Positions 9,175 to 20,248 of a DNA stretch of 64,000 nucleotides are shown here, piece after piece (position 1 is the first letter of the stretch; the number at the start of each line of letters is the position of its first letter). Source of the DNA: an uncultured Gemmatimonadales bacterium (GTDB taxonomy: Bacteria > Gemmatimonadota > Gemmatimonadetes > Longimicrobiales > RSA9); assembly GCA_963816355.1 (NCBI GenBank), contig CAWFKH010000003.1, positions 1,088,001-1,152,000 of the forward strand, read 5' to 3'. A program made the translations under genes and the position numbers. Under the pieces are notes generated by a model. That model worked only from the letters and a program-made list of their open reading frames with translations, ran no database searches and was not told the origin of the DNA.

Positions 9175-10959
9175 CGCTTCCGCTCCGTCCAGCGCCGTCT
9201 CGTCTCCGCCAGCGGCGGACCGCCCCCGCGCGCGGCCGGGTCTGGCGGCGCCCATGACGACGCGCGTCTCGCGTGCCGGCTCGCGCGCGCAGCCGGCCCT
9301 TCTTCCGGAACTTCCTCAACCACGTCCGTGGTGTCCGGTCGCGCCGCCGCCGTGTCGGGAGCGGCTGCGGCGGGGCTGCGCAGGGCCGCGGCCGTATCGC
9401 GAACCGCGGCGGCCGTGTCCCGGAACGCGGCGGCGCTGTCCGGTGCGGTACGGGCACTGTCCGTGCCCGGCCGGCGCGGCTGCAGGTGCACCCCGTGGAC
9501 CGGTCCCGTGGCGTCGATGCCGCTCACCTCGCCAGCGTGCAGCTCGATGGTGATCGACGAGGCCACCATGTAGTTGATGCTGGGCCGCTCCGTAGCCGGA
9601 CGGCCGGACTCGCGCGCCCGGTAGACCGTCTGCGCGGGGGCGCCGCTCTGGCCCACCACGACGAGTCGCTTGAGCACGGCGCGCGCAGCCGCGGTGTCGC
9701 CGGGCGGCGGTGCCGCGGCGGAGTCCGGCGGCGCCTCGAAGTAGGCGCGGATCGTATCGCCCCGCGCCCAATCGCTCGCCGCGATCGCCGGAAGATCGGC
9801 CTGCACCGTGTCAGCCGGCTGTTCGGCGTACGCCTGCCCCACGGCGTACAGACTGTCGATGCGTTGGCCGCCCGCGGAAAGCGCGTCGATCGAGTCGGCC
9901 ACGAGCCGCATCCCTTCCGCCGACGCCCGCGCCTGCACGCTGTCGCCGACCGCGTCCTTCGGCGCGCGCGCCGCGCCGAGCGCGATCAACCGCTCGACGG
10001 CGCCGTCGTCGAAGAAGATCCGGATCGCGGGGGCATCGAGCGTAGCGCGGTCCGAGGTGAGGCGGGCTTTCCCCGTCGCGTCCAGCCGATCGATCCGGTC
10101 GCCCGCCATCCTCGCCTCCGCCCGTTCTGCGACGAGATCGTAGTTGCGCCCCACGAGGTGGGCATCCCCCGTGAGCGTCAACGTCGCCGGGGTCCTCGTC
10201 GTAGGTCGCCTGCTTCCCCGTGCCGTGGATCTCCCCGCGGTCGATCACCACGTCACCCGTCGCCTGGAAGTTCCCCTCCCCCACGAGCATGATCGTATTC
10301 GCGTCGACGAGCGTCGGCCTCGCGGTGTCCCGCGCAGCGGAAGCGGGCGTGGCGACCACCGGCGTCGCTGCCCCCGCGGTGTCGGGCGCGGCGACCGCCG
10401 GGGTGTCCGGCGCGGCCGCGGTGTCCGGCGCGGCCGCGGTGTCCAGCCCGGCTGATCGCTGCGCGGGATAGAGCTCGGCGTGCGGGCGTCCGCCCTCGAC
10501 GATGACGCGCGCCTGCTCGCGTCCCACCTGATCCGAGGGGCGGAAGTACTGCAGGTTCTCGCCGCGGATGACCGAGCGCGTCTTGCGGTCCCGCACCACG
10601 ACGTTTCCTCGCCCCTGCAGGTAGCGCTGCATCCCCAGATAGTGCACCCAGTCGGCCGTCATCGCCTTGATGGTGTCGGCGTAGGAGACGTGGCCGATCA
10701 GGTACCACTCCGCCTGCGAGCGCAGGTTGACGGCGCTGTCGGCGCGGACCTGCACGCCGTCCGGGCAGGAGACGTGCAGCGGTCCGCTGATGAAGAGGAT
10801 GTCCCCCTGTTGATTGGCGTAGTTCGCCGCCTCGTAGGCACACGCCCGCGTCTGGGCCCGCGCCGGGGACGGCGCGAGCAGCGGCGCGAGCAGCGGCGCC
10901 AGGCCCGAGAGGGCCGCGAGCACGGACGCGCGGGGACGGGTGCGGAGCGCACGTCGCAT
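9171..10959 (-). CDS. lptA: Long LptA/OstA-like periplasmic beta-jellyroll protein (about 595 aa if joined), split by an apparent +1 frameshift near 10189-10192
   Basis: Lies between lptC and lptB; signal peptide ending ARA-Q; repeated OstA-like strands (GNVVV, ATGDVVI, LTGDAHL, AVGQAYA); ORFs 9811-10959 and 9171-10181 join if one C is removed from the minus-strand run GACCCCGG. Confidence 0.7.
10375..10445 (-). repeat. Imperfect 18-nt tandem repeat encoding (P)DTAAA units in the LptA-like linker
   Basis: gcggccgcggtgtccggc-like units; protein GLDTAAAPDTAAAPDTPAVAAPDTAG. Confidence 0.8.
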
Positions 10960-11513
10960 CAGAACGTGATCTCCATGCCCTTCCCGCGTCCCTTCGGATT
11001 GCGGACGCGGAAGTTGTTGAAGTCGAGGTCGGAGGTGAAGCCGCTCCCGTGCACGACGTCGCCGCCGTGGGTGTAGGTGGTGGCGACGTCGCTCCAGATG
11101 CGGTTGCCCTGCGGGTCGTAGTGCAGCTCCTCGGTCTCAATGCGCCGGGCGCCGCCGTCCAGCACCATCACCACGTTGCCGACCGCGGTCATGCTCTGCT
11201 CGCGCGTGTCGAGGACGCCGCGCCGCGCCGTGAGGTCGCCCGACTGCGTCCCCCTCTCGTCGTACATCGTCAGGTGCAGCCCGCGCGCGTGGAGGACGGT
11301 GGAGGAGTCGTTGTAGAGCAGCGCAGTGTCGGCCAGCAGCAACGCCTTGCGCACGCCGTCCTTCGTCAGCCACTCCTTGGCGTCGAAGATGATCTGGTCG
11401 GCGAGCATCTCCGGCTGGTCGGCGACGGCGGCGGGCTCGACGCCGCGCCGGCCGCACGCCGCGAAGGCCATGGCGAGCGCGAGCGCGATCGACAGTCCTG
11501 CGGTCCGCCTCAT
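10959..11513 (-). CDS. lptC: LPS export periplasmic protein LptC
   Basis: Start ATG 11513 (ATGA overlap with kdsD); N-terminal hydrophobic anchor ending AFAAC; TAVGNVV, IETEELHYD, GSGFTSDLDF; position after kdsD. Confidence 0.85.
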   Translation of the reverse strand: MRRTAGLSIALALAMAFAACGRRGVEPAAVADQPEMLADQIIFDAKEWLTKDGVRKALLLADTALLYNDSSTVLHARGLHLTMYDERGTQSGDLTARRGVLDTREQSMTAVGNVVMVLDGGARRIETEELHYDPQGNRIWSDVATTYTHGGDVVHGSGFTSDLDFNNFRVRNPKGRGKGMEITF

Positions 11514-12496
11514 ACCGCCCCCGCCCTCATCAGGTCGTGCAAGTGGACGACGCCGAGGAGCCGCCGCTCGTCGTCCACGACCGGCAGCGCCATGACGCCG
11601 TGCGTCTCCATCGTGTATACCGCCGCCGCCGCGAGCTGGTCCGGAACCGCGAGCTTCGGCCGCGCGTTCATCACGCGCCCCACCCCCACGCCGAGCACGT
11701 CCTCCTCGCGCTCCATCAGACGCGTCAGGTCGCCGGCGGTCACGACGCCGATCACGCGCCCCGCGTCGTCGACGATCGGCACCATGCCGCGCTTCTCCGC
11801 CAGCAGCACGACGCACTGTCTCATGGTGGCGTCCGGCCCGAGCGAGGGATAGTCGTCGCCGACCATGACGTCGCGCACGCGCAGCGTGAGCTTGCGGCCG
11901 AGCGCGCCGCCCGGATGGAGGCGGGCGAAGTCCTCACGCGTGAAGTCACGACCGAGCAGCAGCGCGACCGCGAGCGCGTCGCCGAGCGCGAGCGTCACCG
12001 TCGTCGACGTGGTGGGCGCGAGGTCGAAGGGGCACGCCTCCTCCGCCACCGAGCAATCGAGGACCACCGCCGCGGCCCGCCCGAGTGCGGAGTCGGCGCG
12101 CCCGGTCATCGCGACGATCGGCACGCCGAGCCGCGTCAGGTACTCGATTAGGCCGTGCAGCTCCTCCGAGTCGCCGCTCTTCGAGATCAGGATCGCCACG
12201 TCGTCCCGCCCCACCACGCCGAGGTCACCGTGCAGCCCTTCGACCGGGTGCAGGAAGAGCGCGGGCGTGCCGGTGGAGGTGAGCGTCGCGGCGATCTTGC
12301 GGCCGACGATGCCGCTCTTGCCCACGCCGCTCACGATCGCGCGGCCGCCGGCCGCCGCGATCCGCTCGACCGCCTCGAGGAACGACTCACCGAGGCGAGC
12401 TTCGAGCGCGACCAGGGCGTCCGCCTCCGCGCGGATCACCGCGCGCGCTCGCTCCAGCAGCTCGGCCGGCGACCGCGTCGTCCGCGCGACGCTCAC
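11510..12496 (-). CDS. kdsD: Arabinose-5-phosphate isomerase (KpsF/GutQ family)
   Basis: SGVGKSG, HGDLG, APTTSTT, HPGGALG plus a C-terminal CBS pair. Confidence 0.95.
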   Translation of the reverse strand: MSVARTTRSPAELLERARAVIRAEADALVALEARLGESFLEAVERIAAAGGRAIVSGVGKSGIVGRKIAATLTSTGTPALFLHPVEGLHGDLGVVGRDDVAILISKSGDSEELHGLIEYLTRLGVPIVAMTGRADSALGRAAAVVLDCSVAEEACPFDLAPTTSTTVTLALGDALAVALLLGRDFTREDFARLHPGGALGRKLTLRVRDVMVGDDYPSLGPDATMRQCVVLLAEKRGMVPIVDDAGRVIGVVTAGDLTRLMEREEDVLGVGVGRVMNARPKLAVPDQLAAAAVYTMETHGVMALPVVDDERRLLGVVHLHDLMRAGAV

Positions 12497-13056
12497 GACG
12501 GCGCCGCCGGATCGCGCTCGCGCGCGTAGCGATCAACCGCCTCGACCCACTCGCCGCGCGCGCGCAGCAACGCCTCCGCGAACTCGCGGACGGCGCCGCG
12601 GCCTCCACTCCGGCGGGTGCGCCAGCGGGAGAGGCGGTGCGCTTCGTCGGTGGCGTTCGCGACCGTCACCGGGAGCGCGGCGCGGCGCAGCGCCGGCAGG
12701 TCCGGAAGGTCGTCCCCCACCACCGCCACCTCATCCCAGGAGCAATCCGCGTCGCGGATCGCCCGTTCGAACGCCGCGAGCTTGTAGCCGTCCTCCGCCT
12801 GGTGCGACGGCACGCCGAGCTCCTCCGCGCGGATCCGCGTCGCCGGCGATTCCCGGCCGCTCACGATCGCCACGCGCAGACCGGCGGACACCAGCAGCTT
12901 GATGCCGAGCCCGTCCGGGATGTCGAACCGCTTGAGCTCCACCCGGCCGCCCGCGCCCTCTCCCACGTAGACGCCGCCGTCGGTGAGCACGCCATCTACG
13001 TCGAGGATGACGAGGCGGATGCGGCGCGCGACCTCGGCGGGGATGCGCTCACCCAC
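12493..13056 (-). CDS. kdsC: KDO 8-phosphate phosphatase
   Basis: LDVDGVLTDG HAD motif, GDDLPD, GGRGAVRE. Confidence 0.93.
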   Translation of the reverse strand: MGERIPAEVARRIRLVILDVDGVLTDGGVYVGEGAGGRVELKRFDIPDGLGIKLLVSAGLRVAIVSGRESPATRIRAEELGVPSHQAEDGYKLAAFERAIRDADCSWDEVAVVGDDLPDLPALRRAALPVTVANATDEAHRLSRWRTRRSGGRGAVREFAEALLRARGEWVEAVDRYARERDPAAPS

Positions 13057-13885
13057 GGACGGCTCCGGTGAGGCGGGAAGCCGCTACCACGGCGCGGATC
13101 TCGAGCGCGGTCTCGACCAACGGGCGCAGCGCGTCCAGCGACAGCATGCTCGTGGCGTCCGACGGCGCGCTGGCGGGGTCCGGGTGCGTCTCGAGGAAGA
13201 GCGCGTCGGCGCCCGCGGCCACCGCAGCGCGCACCAGCGCCGGAATGAAGTCCGGGTCGCCGCCACTCGCGCCCCCCGCCCGACCCGGCCGCTGCACCGA
13301 GTGCGTGCCGTCGAAGACGACGCGCGCCCCGCTCGCCGCGCGCATGCGCGCGAACGATCGCATGTCCACAACCAGGTCGCCGTAGCCGAAGAAGGTGCCC
13401 CGCTCCGTCACGACGACGCCGCCGCCGCCGGCCGCGCGCGCCTTCGCCACCGCGCCGGCGATCCCCTCCGGCGCCATCCACTGTCCCTTCTTGATGTTGA
13501 GCGCACGGCCGGTCGCGGCCGCGGCGACGATCAGGTCCGTCTGGCGGCAGAGGAAGGCGGGGATCTGGAGGACGTCGCACACGTCGGCGGCGGCGGCGAC
13601 CTGGGTCGTCTCGTGGACGTCCGTGAGCAGCGGAAGACCCGTCTCGCGGCCCACGCGCTCCAGCCGCCGCAGCCCATCTTCCAGGCCAGGCCCGCGCGCC
13701 GCGCCTTCACGGCTGCGGTTCGCCTTGTCGAAGGACGCCTTGAAGACCACCGGCAACGACAGTGCCTCGCCCAGACGCGCGAGCGCCTCGCCGACCCGGA
13801 CGTTCAACGCGTCGTCCTCCAGGACGCACGGCCCCGCGATCAGGAAGAACGGCCCGCCCGGGCGGCAGAGGTCGGAAACGGGCAT
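13049..13885 (-). CDS. kdsA: KDO 8-phosphate synthase
   Basis: IAGPCVLE, KASFDKANRS, QIPAFLCRQTD, NIKKGQ, DGTHSVQ. Confidence 0.97.
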   Translation of the reverse strand: MPVSDLCRPGGPFFLIAGPCVLEDDALNVRVGEALARLGEALSLPVVFKASFDKANRSREGAARGPGLEDGLRRLERVGRETGLPLLTDVHETTQVAAAADVCDVLQIPAFLCRQTDLIVAAAATGRALNIKKGQWMAPEGIAGAVAKARAAGGGGVVVTERGTFFGYGDLVVDMRSFARMRAASGARVVFDGTHSVQRPGRAGGASGGDPDFIPALVRAAVAAGADALFLETHPDPASAPSDATSMLSLDALRPLVETALEIRAVVAASRLTGAVRG

Positions 13886-13886
13886 G

Positions 13887-16383
<2,497 letters not shown>

Positions 16384-16386
16384 GGA

Positions 16387-16437
16387 TCAGGAGGTAGTGG
16401 TCGAAGCGGCGGGACCGCCGCGCTCTGCAATTTTCAC
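16387..16437 (-). other. Putative leaderless 16-codon uORF (MKIAERGGPAASTTTS) in frame with kdsB
   Basis: GTG is the 7th base after the -10 box; its TGA lies 3 nt before the kdsB ATG in the same frame. Confidence 0.4.
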
Positions 16438-16443
16438 GCCTGA

Positions 16444-16472
16444 AATCTAATGGCGGCGGGCGGGCGTGTCAA
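16444..16472 (-). promoter_or_regulatory. sigma70 promoter of the kdsB-pyrG-kds-lpt-rpoN operon
   Basis: TTGACA-N17-TAGATT; the -35 overlaps the stop codon of the upstream OMP gene. Confidence 0.75.
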
Positions 16473-18052
16473 AAGGTGGAGCCGCCGGATCGCTCCCATG
16501 GGTAGTGGCGGCCGAAGGGCCACTTCAACCCGATGTCGAAGTCCGCGTCGCCCAGGTCGGATGGGTCGGCGAGGACGCGGAGATAGAGGGTGAAGAACTG
16601 GAGGCGGGCGCCCACGTTCTGCTCGAACGCGGGACGCCGGTCGTCCGACCACGCCATGCCCAGGTAGTCGAGGATCTCGAGGTCGGGGACGCCGAGGAAG
16701 GGCACGCGCCAGCGCTGCGGCAGCGGAAACCGGTACATCGTCTTGGTGAAGACGAGGCGGTCGCCGCGGAACGCCGCGCGCGGGAAGGTGTGCAGGGTGT
16801 GCGACCCGCCCACGAAGGTCCAGCGCTGGAGCGGGAGCGAGTCGGTGCCTGGAAGCGGACCGCGAAGCCAGAGTCGGATGCGGAGCGTCTGGCGGCGGAA
16901 CGTGTTGACGGCCCAGTCGGCGTGGAGCTGATAGCGGCCGAAGGCGAAGTCTCCGCCCGCCGCGTGGCCCGCGAGCTCGACGCGGCCGGCGGCGCCGATC
17001 ACGGCGGAGCGCCCCTTCCAGGCGAGCGTTCCGTCGAGCAGAGCGCTCGCGACGACGCCGTCGTCGATCGCCGGGTTGGGCGTGACGGAGTCCTGGCTGG
17101 AGATCGTCCACGGATCGTGCGCGCCGAGCGAGCGGTCCTCCTCGCGCTGCACCTCGGCGCGCACGGTCCACTGCGTCTGCCCGGTGCTCCAGGCGCGTTG
17201 CGCGGACGCGTACACGCGGCGTGCGTCGTAGTAGTCGCGGTAGTCGTGCTGCTTGAGCAGGAAGGCGATCGAGTTGGCCCCGTCGGTCTCGAGCCAGGCG
17301 TCGTTCGTGAAGGTGGCCCGCTCCAGGCCCACCGTGAAGCGGGCGTCCGGAGCGCCAATGCGGCCCTCTACCGTGCCGCCGAAGTCGCCGCGCGCGGAGT
17401 AGTAGCGGCCAAGCGCGAAGAGAGCGGGCTGCAGGCGCCCGCCCGCCGGATCGCGCACACCCGCGCCCCACCCGAGCGCGAGTCCGTCCACGCGGTCGTA
17501 GGTCGGAATCGCGAAGCCGAGCGGACCCTCGAAGAAGACCACACTCCTGCCCGAGCTGAGACCTTCGATGGCGATCGTGCCGTCGCGCCGCTCCACGCGG
17601 TAGCGAGCGAGCGGGCGATCCTCCGTCGCGCCCGTCACCTCCGCGAGCTGCGACCGGTACAGCCCGCCGGCCAGGCTGACGACGTCGCCGTGAACGCGCG
17701 CCGAAGGCCGCAAAAAGACGTTGGAGCCGACCGCGACGACGTCGCCGTCGACGACCGTCGAGATCGCCACCGTCGCGTCCAGGATGAGCAGCGGCCCGTG
17801 AAGGGTATCGCGCTGCAGCACCGTGTCGCTCGCGATGAGCGTGTACGGTCCCTCCAGGACCGCCGAGAGGCGCTCCTGCAGCGCCATCCCACGGTGACCG
17901 GTCAGAACCACCCGCTGGGCCCGCAGCGGCAGCGCGCTCGCCAGCAGCGACAGCGCGACGCCGAGCAGGAGCGCGCGTCCCCGCAGAAGTCCCCTTCCCC
18001 GCAGGAGCGCGTGCCGGCGCGGCCGAGGCGGGCCCCTCCGCAGCGGCGCCAT
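16469..18052 (-). CDS. Omp85/BamA-like outer-membrane beta-barrel protein with an N-terminal bactofilin-like beta-helix segment
   Basis: Signal peptide (LRA-Q); VDGDVVAVGSNV..ARVHGDVVSLAG repeats; YDRVDG, NSIAFLL...DYRDYY and FVGGSHTLHTF motifs; amphipathic strands; start overlaps the trpG stop (TGATG). Confidence 0.6.
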   Translation of the reverse strand: MAPLRRGPPRPRRHALLRGRGLLRGRALLLGVALSLLASALPLRAQRVVLTGHRGMALQERLSAVLEGPYTLIASDTVLQRDTLHGPLLILDATVAISTVVDGDVVAVGSNVFLRPSARVHGDVVSLAGGLYRSQLAEVTGATEDRPLARYRVERRDGTIAIEGLSSGRSVVFFEGPLGFAIPTYDRVDGLALGWGAGVRDPAGGRLQPALFALGRYYSARGDFGGTVEGRIGAPDARFTVGLERATFTNDAWLETDGANSIAFLLKQHDYRDYYDARRVYASAQRAWSTGQTQWTVRAEVQREEDRSLGAHDPWTISSQDSVTPNPAIDDGVVASALLDGTLAWKGRSAVIGAAGRVELAGHAAGGDFAFGRYQLHADWAVNTFRRQTLRIRLWLRGPLPGTDSLPLQRWTFVGGSHTLHTFPRAAFRGDRLVFTKTMYRFPLPQRWRVPFLGVPDLEILDYLGMAWSDDRRPAFEQNVGARLQFFTLYLRVLADPSDLGDADFDIGLKWPFGRHYPWERSGGSTF

Positions 18053-18630
18053 CAGAGCGCCGCCAGGAAGTTCTCGATCACCGCCCGGCCTCCCTCGCTC
18101 GCAACCGACTCCGGATGGAACTGGACGCCCCACACCGGGTGCGCCCGGTGCGCGACCGCCTGTACCTCGTCCTCCCAGCCCTCCTCGTCGGTCCACGCCG
18201 TCACCTCCAACGCCTCCGGCAGCGACGCCCGCTCCAGCGCGAGCGAATGGTAGCGGGTCACCGTCAGCGTCTCCGGCAGTCCGGCGAACAGCCCTCCCCC
18301 ACCGTGCCGGATCCGCGACCGCTTCCCGTGCATCACGCGCCGCCCACGCACCAATCGCGCCCCGTACGCGACCCCGATCGCCTGATGCCCCAGGCACACC
18401 CCCAGCATCGGCACGCGCGACCCCAGCCGCCGCACGCACTCCACGCTCACCCCGGCCTCCGCCGGCGTGCACGGGCCGGGCGAGATCACGATCCCGGCCG
18501 GCCCCATCCGCTCGATCTCCGCCACCGACACCTCGTCGTTGCGCCGCACCGTCGGCTCCGCGCCGAGCTCCCCCAGCAGCTGCACGAGGTTGAAGGTGAA
18601 GGAATCGTAGTTGTCGATCACCAGCAGCAT
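18052..18630 (-). CDS. trpG: Anthranilate/aminodeoxychorismate synthase component II (glutamine amidotransferase, TrpG/PabA)
   Basis: LLVIDNYDSFTFNL, ISPGPCTP, GVCLGHQ, RYHSL, GVQFHPES. Confidence 0.93.
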   Translation of the reverse strand: MLLVIDNYDSFTFNLVQLLGELGAEPTVRRNDEVSVAEIERMGPAGIVISPGPCTPAEAGVSVECVRRLGSRVPMLGVCLGHQAIGVAYGARLVRGRRVMHGKRSRIRHGGGGLFAGLPETLTVTRYHSLALERASLPEALEVTAWTDEEGWEDEVQAVAHRAHPVWGVQFHPESVASEGGRAVIENFLAAL

Positions 18631-18637
18631 GGCAGCG

Positions 18638-18666
18638 AAGCTACCACCGCCGACGGTGGTCAACAA
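18638..18666 (-). promoter_or_regulatory. Probable promoter for a near-leaderless trpG transcript, with an inverted repeat in the spacer
   Basis: TTGTTG-N17-TAGCTT, 7 nt before the ATG; ACCACCG-ccga-CGGTGGT at 18643-18660. Confidence 0.45.
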
Positions 18667-18738
18667 CCCCGCGGCCGCCGCCAGCGCAACGAGAAACCAC
18701 TTGATATGATCCGTGGCATCTTACTCCCTATCATTGCT

Positions 18739-19623
18739 TTATGCGCGTGGATGGAAGCGGCGGTGCACGTCGCGCAGGTACTCGCGGTCGACGTGCGTAT
18801 AGATCTGCGTCGTCGAGATGTCGGCGTGGCCGAGCATCTCCTGGACGGAGGCGAGGTCGGCGCCGCCTTCGAGGAGGTGGGTGGCGAAGGAGTGCCGCAG
18901 GACGTGGGGCGTGACGCGCCGCGTGATGCCGGCGCGACGAACGTGCTTGCGCAGGATCTTCCAGACGCCCATCCGGGAGAGCGGGCCGCCGCGGGCGTTG
19001 AGGAAGACGCGGCCGCTTCCGGCGCCGCGGTCGAGGTGGGGCCGGAGCTCGCGGAGGTAGAGGTCGAGCGCACGGCTGGCGGCGCGGCCGACGGGGACGA
19101 GGCGCTCCTTGGAGCCCTTGCCGAAGACACGGGCGAAGCCGTCCTCGAGGAGGAGGTCGCGCACGCCGAGGGAGATCAGCTCTCCGACGCGGACGCCGGA
19201 AGCGTAGGCGAACTCGAGGAGCGCCTTGTCACGCCAGTAGAGGCGGTCGTTCGGGTCGGGGGCCTCGAGGAGGCGGAGCACGTCGTCGCGTGAGAGGACG
19301 GAAGGCAGGCGCCGCCAGGCGCGGGGCGTGTCGACCCGTTCGGTGGGGTCGGCGACGACGACGCCCTCCGCGAGCAGGAAGGCGAAGTACGTGCGGATCG
19401 CGGAGAGGTTGCGCCGGATGGAGCTCGGCTTGAGGCCGCGGTCCTTGAGGCCGTAGACGAACTCGCGGAGGTCGGCCCCGTCGACGTCGGCGGGGCGGCG
19501 TACGCCACGGGCGTGCAGGAATTCGATCATGCGGGCGACGTCTCTCCGGTAGGCATCGAGGGTGCGCGGGGCGAGGCCGCGCTCGATGCCGAGGTGGTCG
19601 AGGAACGGCTGGAGCGGGAACAT
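18739..19623 (-). CDS. xerD: Site-specific tyrosine recombinase XerD
   Basis: ERGLAPRTLDAYRRD, YASGVRVGE, GKGSKERLVP, TPHVLRHSFATHLLEGGADL, LGHADISTTQIYTH, HPRA end. Confidence 0.93.
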   Translation of the reverse strand: MFPLQPFLDHLGIERGLAPRTLDAYRRDVARMIEFLHARGVRRPADVDGADLREFVYGLKDRGLKPSSIRRNLSAIRTYFAFLLAEGVVVADPTERVDTPRAWRRLPSVLSRDDVLRLLEAPDPNDRLYWRDKALLEFAYASGVRVGELISLGVRDLLLEDGFARVFGKGSKERLVPVGRAASRALDLYLRELRPHLDRGAGSGRVFLNARGGPLSRMGVWKILRKHVRRAGITRRVTPHVLRHSFATHLLEGGADLASVQEMLGHADISTTQIYTHVDREYLRDVHRRFHPRA

Positions 19624-19626
19624 CCC

Positions 19627-20235
19627 TCACTCGCTCGTGCGGCCGCGCCACCACCAGAGCAGCAGGCCGGCGGCGAGCAAAAGGGCAGCGGCGAGGAGCA
19701 CGGCGTTCAGGCGGTCGAGCGTGTCGCGAATGCGCTCCCAGTTCTCCCCGGCGGTGAAGCCGACGTAGAGCAGACCGCCGTACCAGAGGGCGGAGGCGGC
19801 GGCGGTCGAGATGGCCATGCGGGCGAAGCGCACGCGCGTGACGCCCGCGAAGACCGGGACAATGGCGCGGAAGGCGGGAAGGAATCGGCTCATGAAGATG
19901 GCGGGCGCGCCCCAGCGCTGAAAGAAGCGGGCGATGCGGTCGAGCTGACCGGGATGGAGCAGCCAGCGGCCGGCGCGAGAGCGCACGAGGCGGCGGCCGT
20001 GACGCAGGAAGAGGAGATAGACGCCGATCGCGGAAGCGACGTTGGCGCCCCAGGTGACGAGGAACGCCGCCCACGGCTCCGCGCGGCCGCGCGCCGCGAT
20101 GAAGCCGCCGAAGAGGACGAACGTGTCCGCGGGCACCGGAGGGACCACGTTCTCGAGCGCGGCACCGAGTCCCAGCACCACGTACACCGCGAGCGGGGGG
20201 AGGCCGACCAGCCAGTCCAGCGCGCGGTCGAGCAT
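19627..20235 (-). CDS. DedA family membrane protein
   Basis: LENVVPPVPAD, FMSRFLPAFR..VPVFAG motifs. Confidence 0.9.
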   Translation of the reverse strand: MLDRALDWLVGLPPLAVYVVLGLGAALENVVPPVPADTFVLFGGFIAARGRAEPWAAFLVTWGANVASAIGVYLLFLRHGRRLVRSRAGRWLLHPGQLDRIARFFQRWGAPAIFMSRFLPAFRAIVPVFAGVTRVRFARMAISTAAASALWYGGLLYVGFTAGENWERIRDTLDRLNAVLLAAALLLAAGLLLWWWRGRTSE

Positions 20236-20248
20236 GGAAGGTGCCGGC

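Noticed and set aside
9300..9470. Short repeats as a CRISPR array or REP elements (also 10375-10445, 55130-55240, 61880-61940)
   Set aside because: In-frame low-complexity coding repeats with no unique spacers and no cas genes.
18722..18749. Complete chromosomal dif site
   Set aside because: Only the XerC-like arm matches, and it coincides with the conserved HPRA* codons; the other arm does not resemble TTATGTTAAAT.
18739..19623. Tyrosine recombinase as a prophage or island integrase
   Set aside because: It has housekeeping XerD signatures, lies 3 nt after dedA among core genes, and no cargo, tRNA or flanking att pair is visible.
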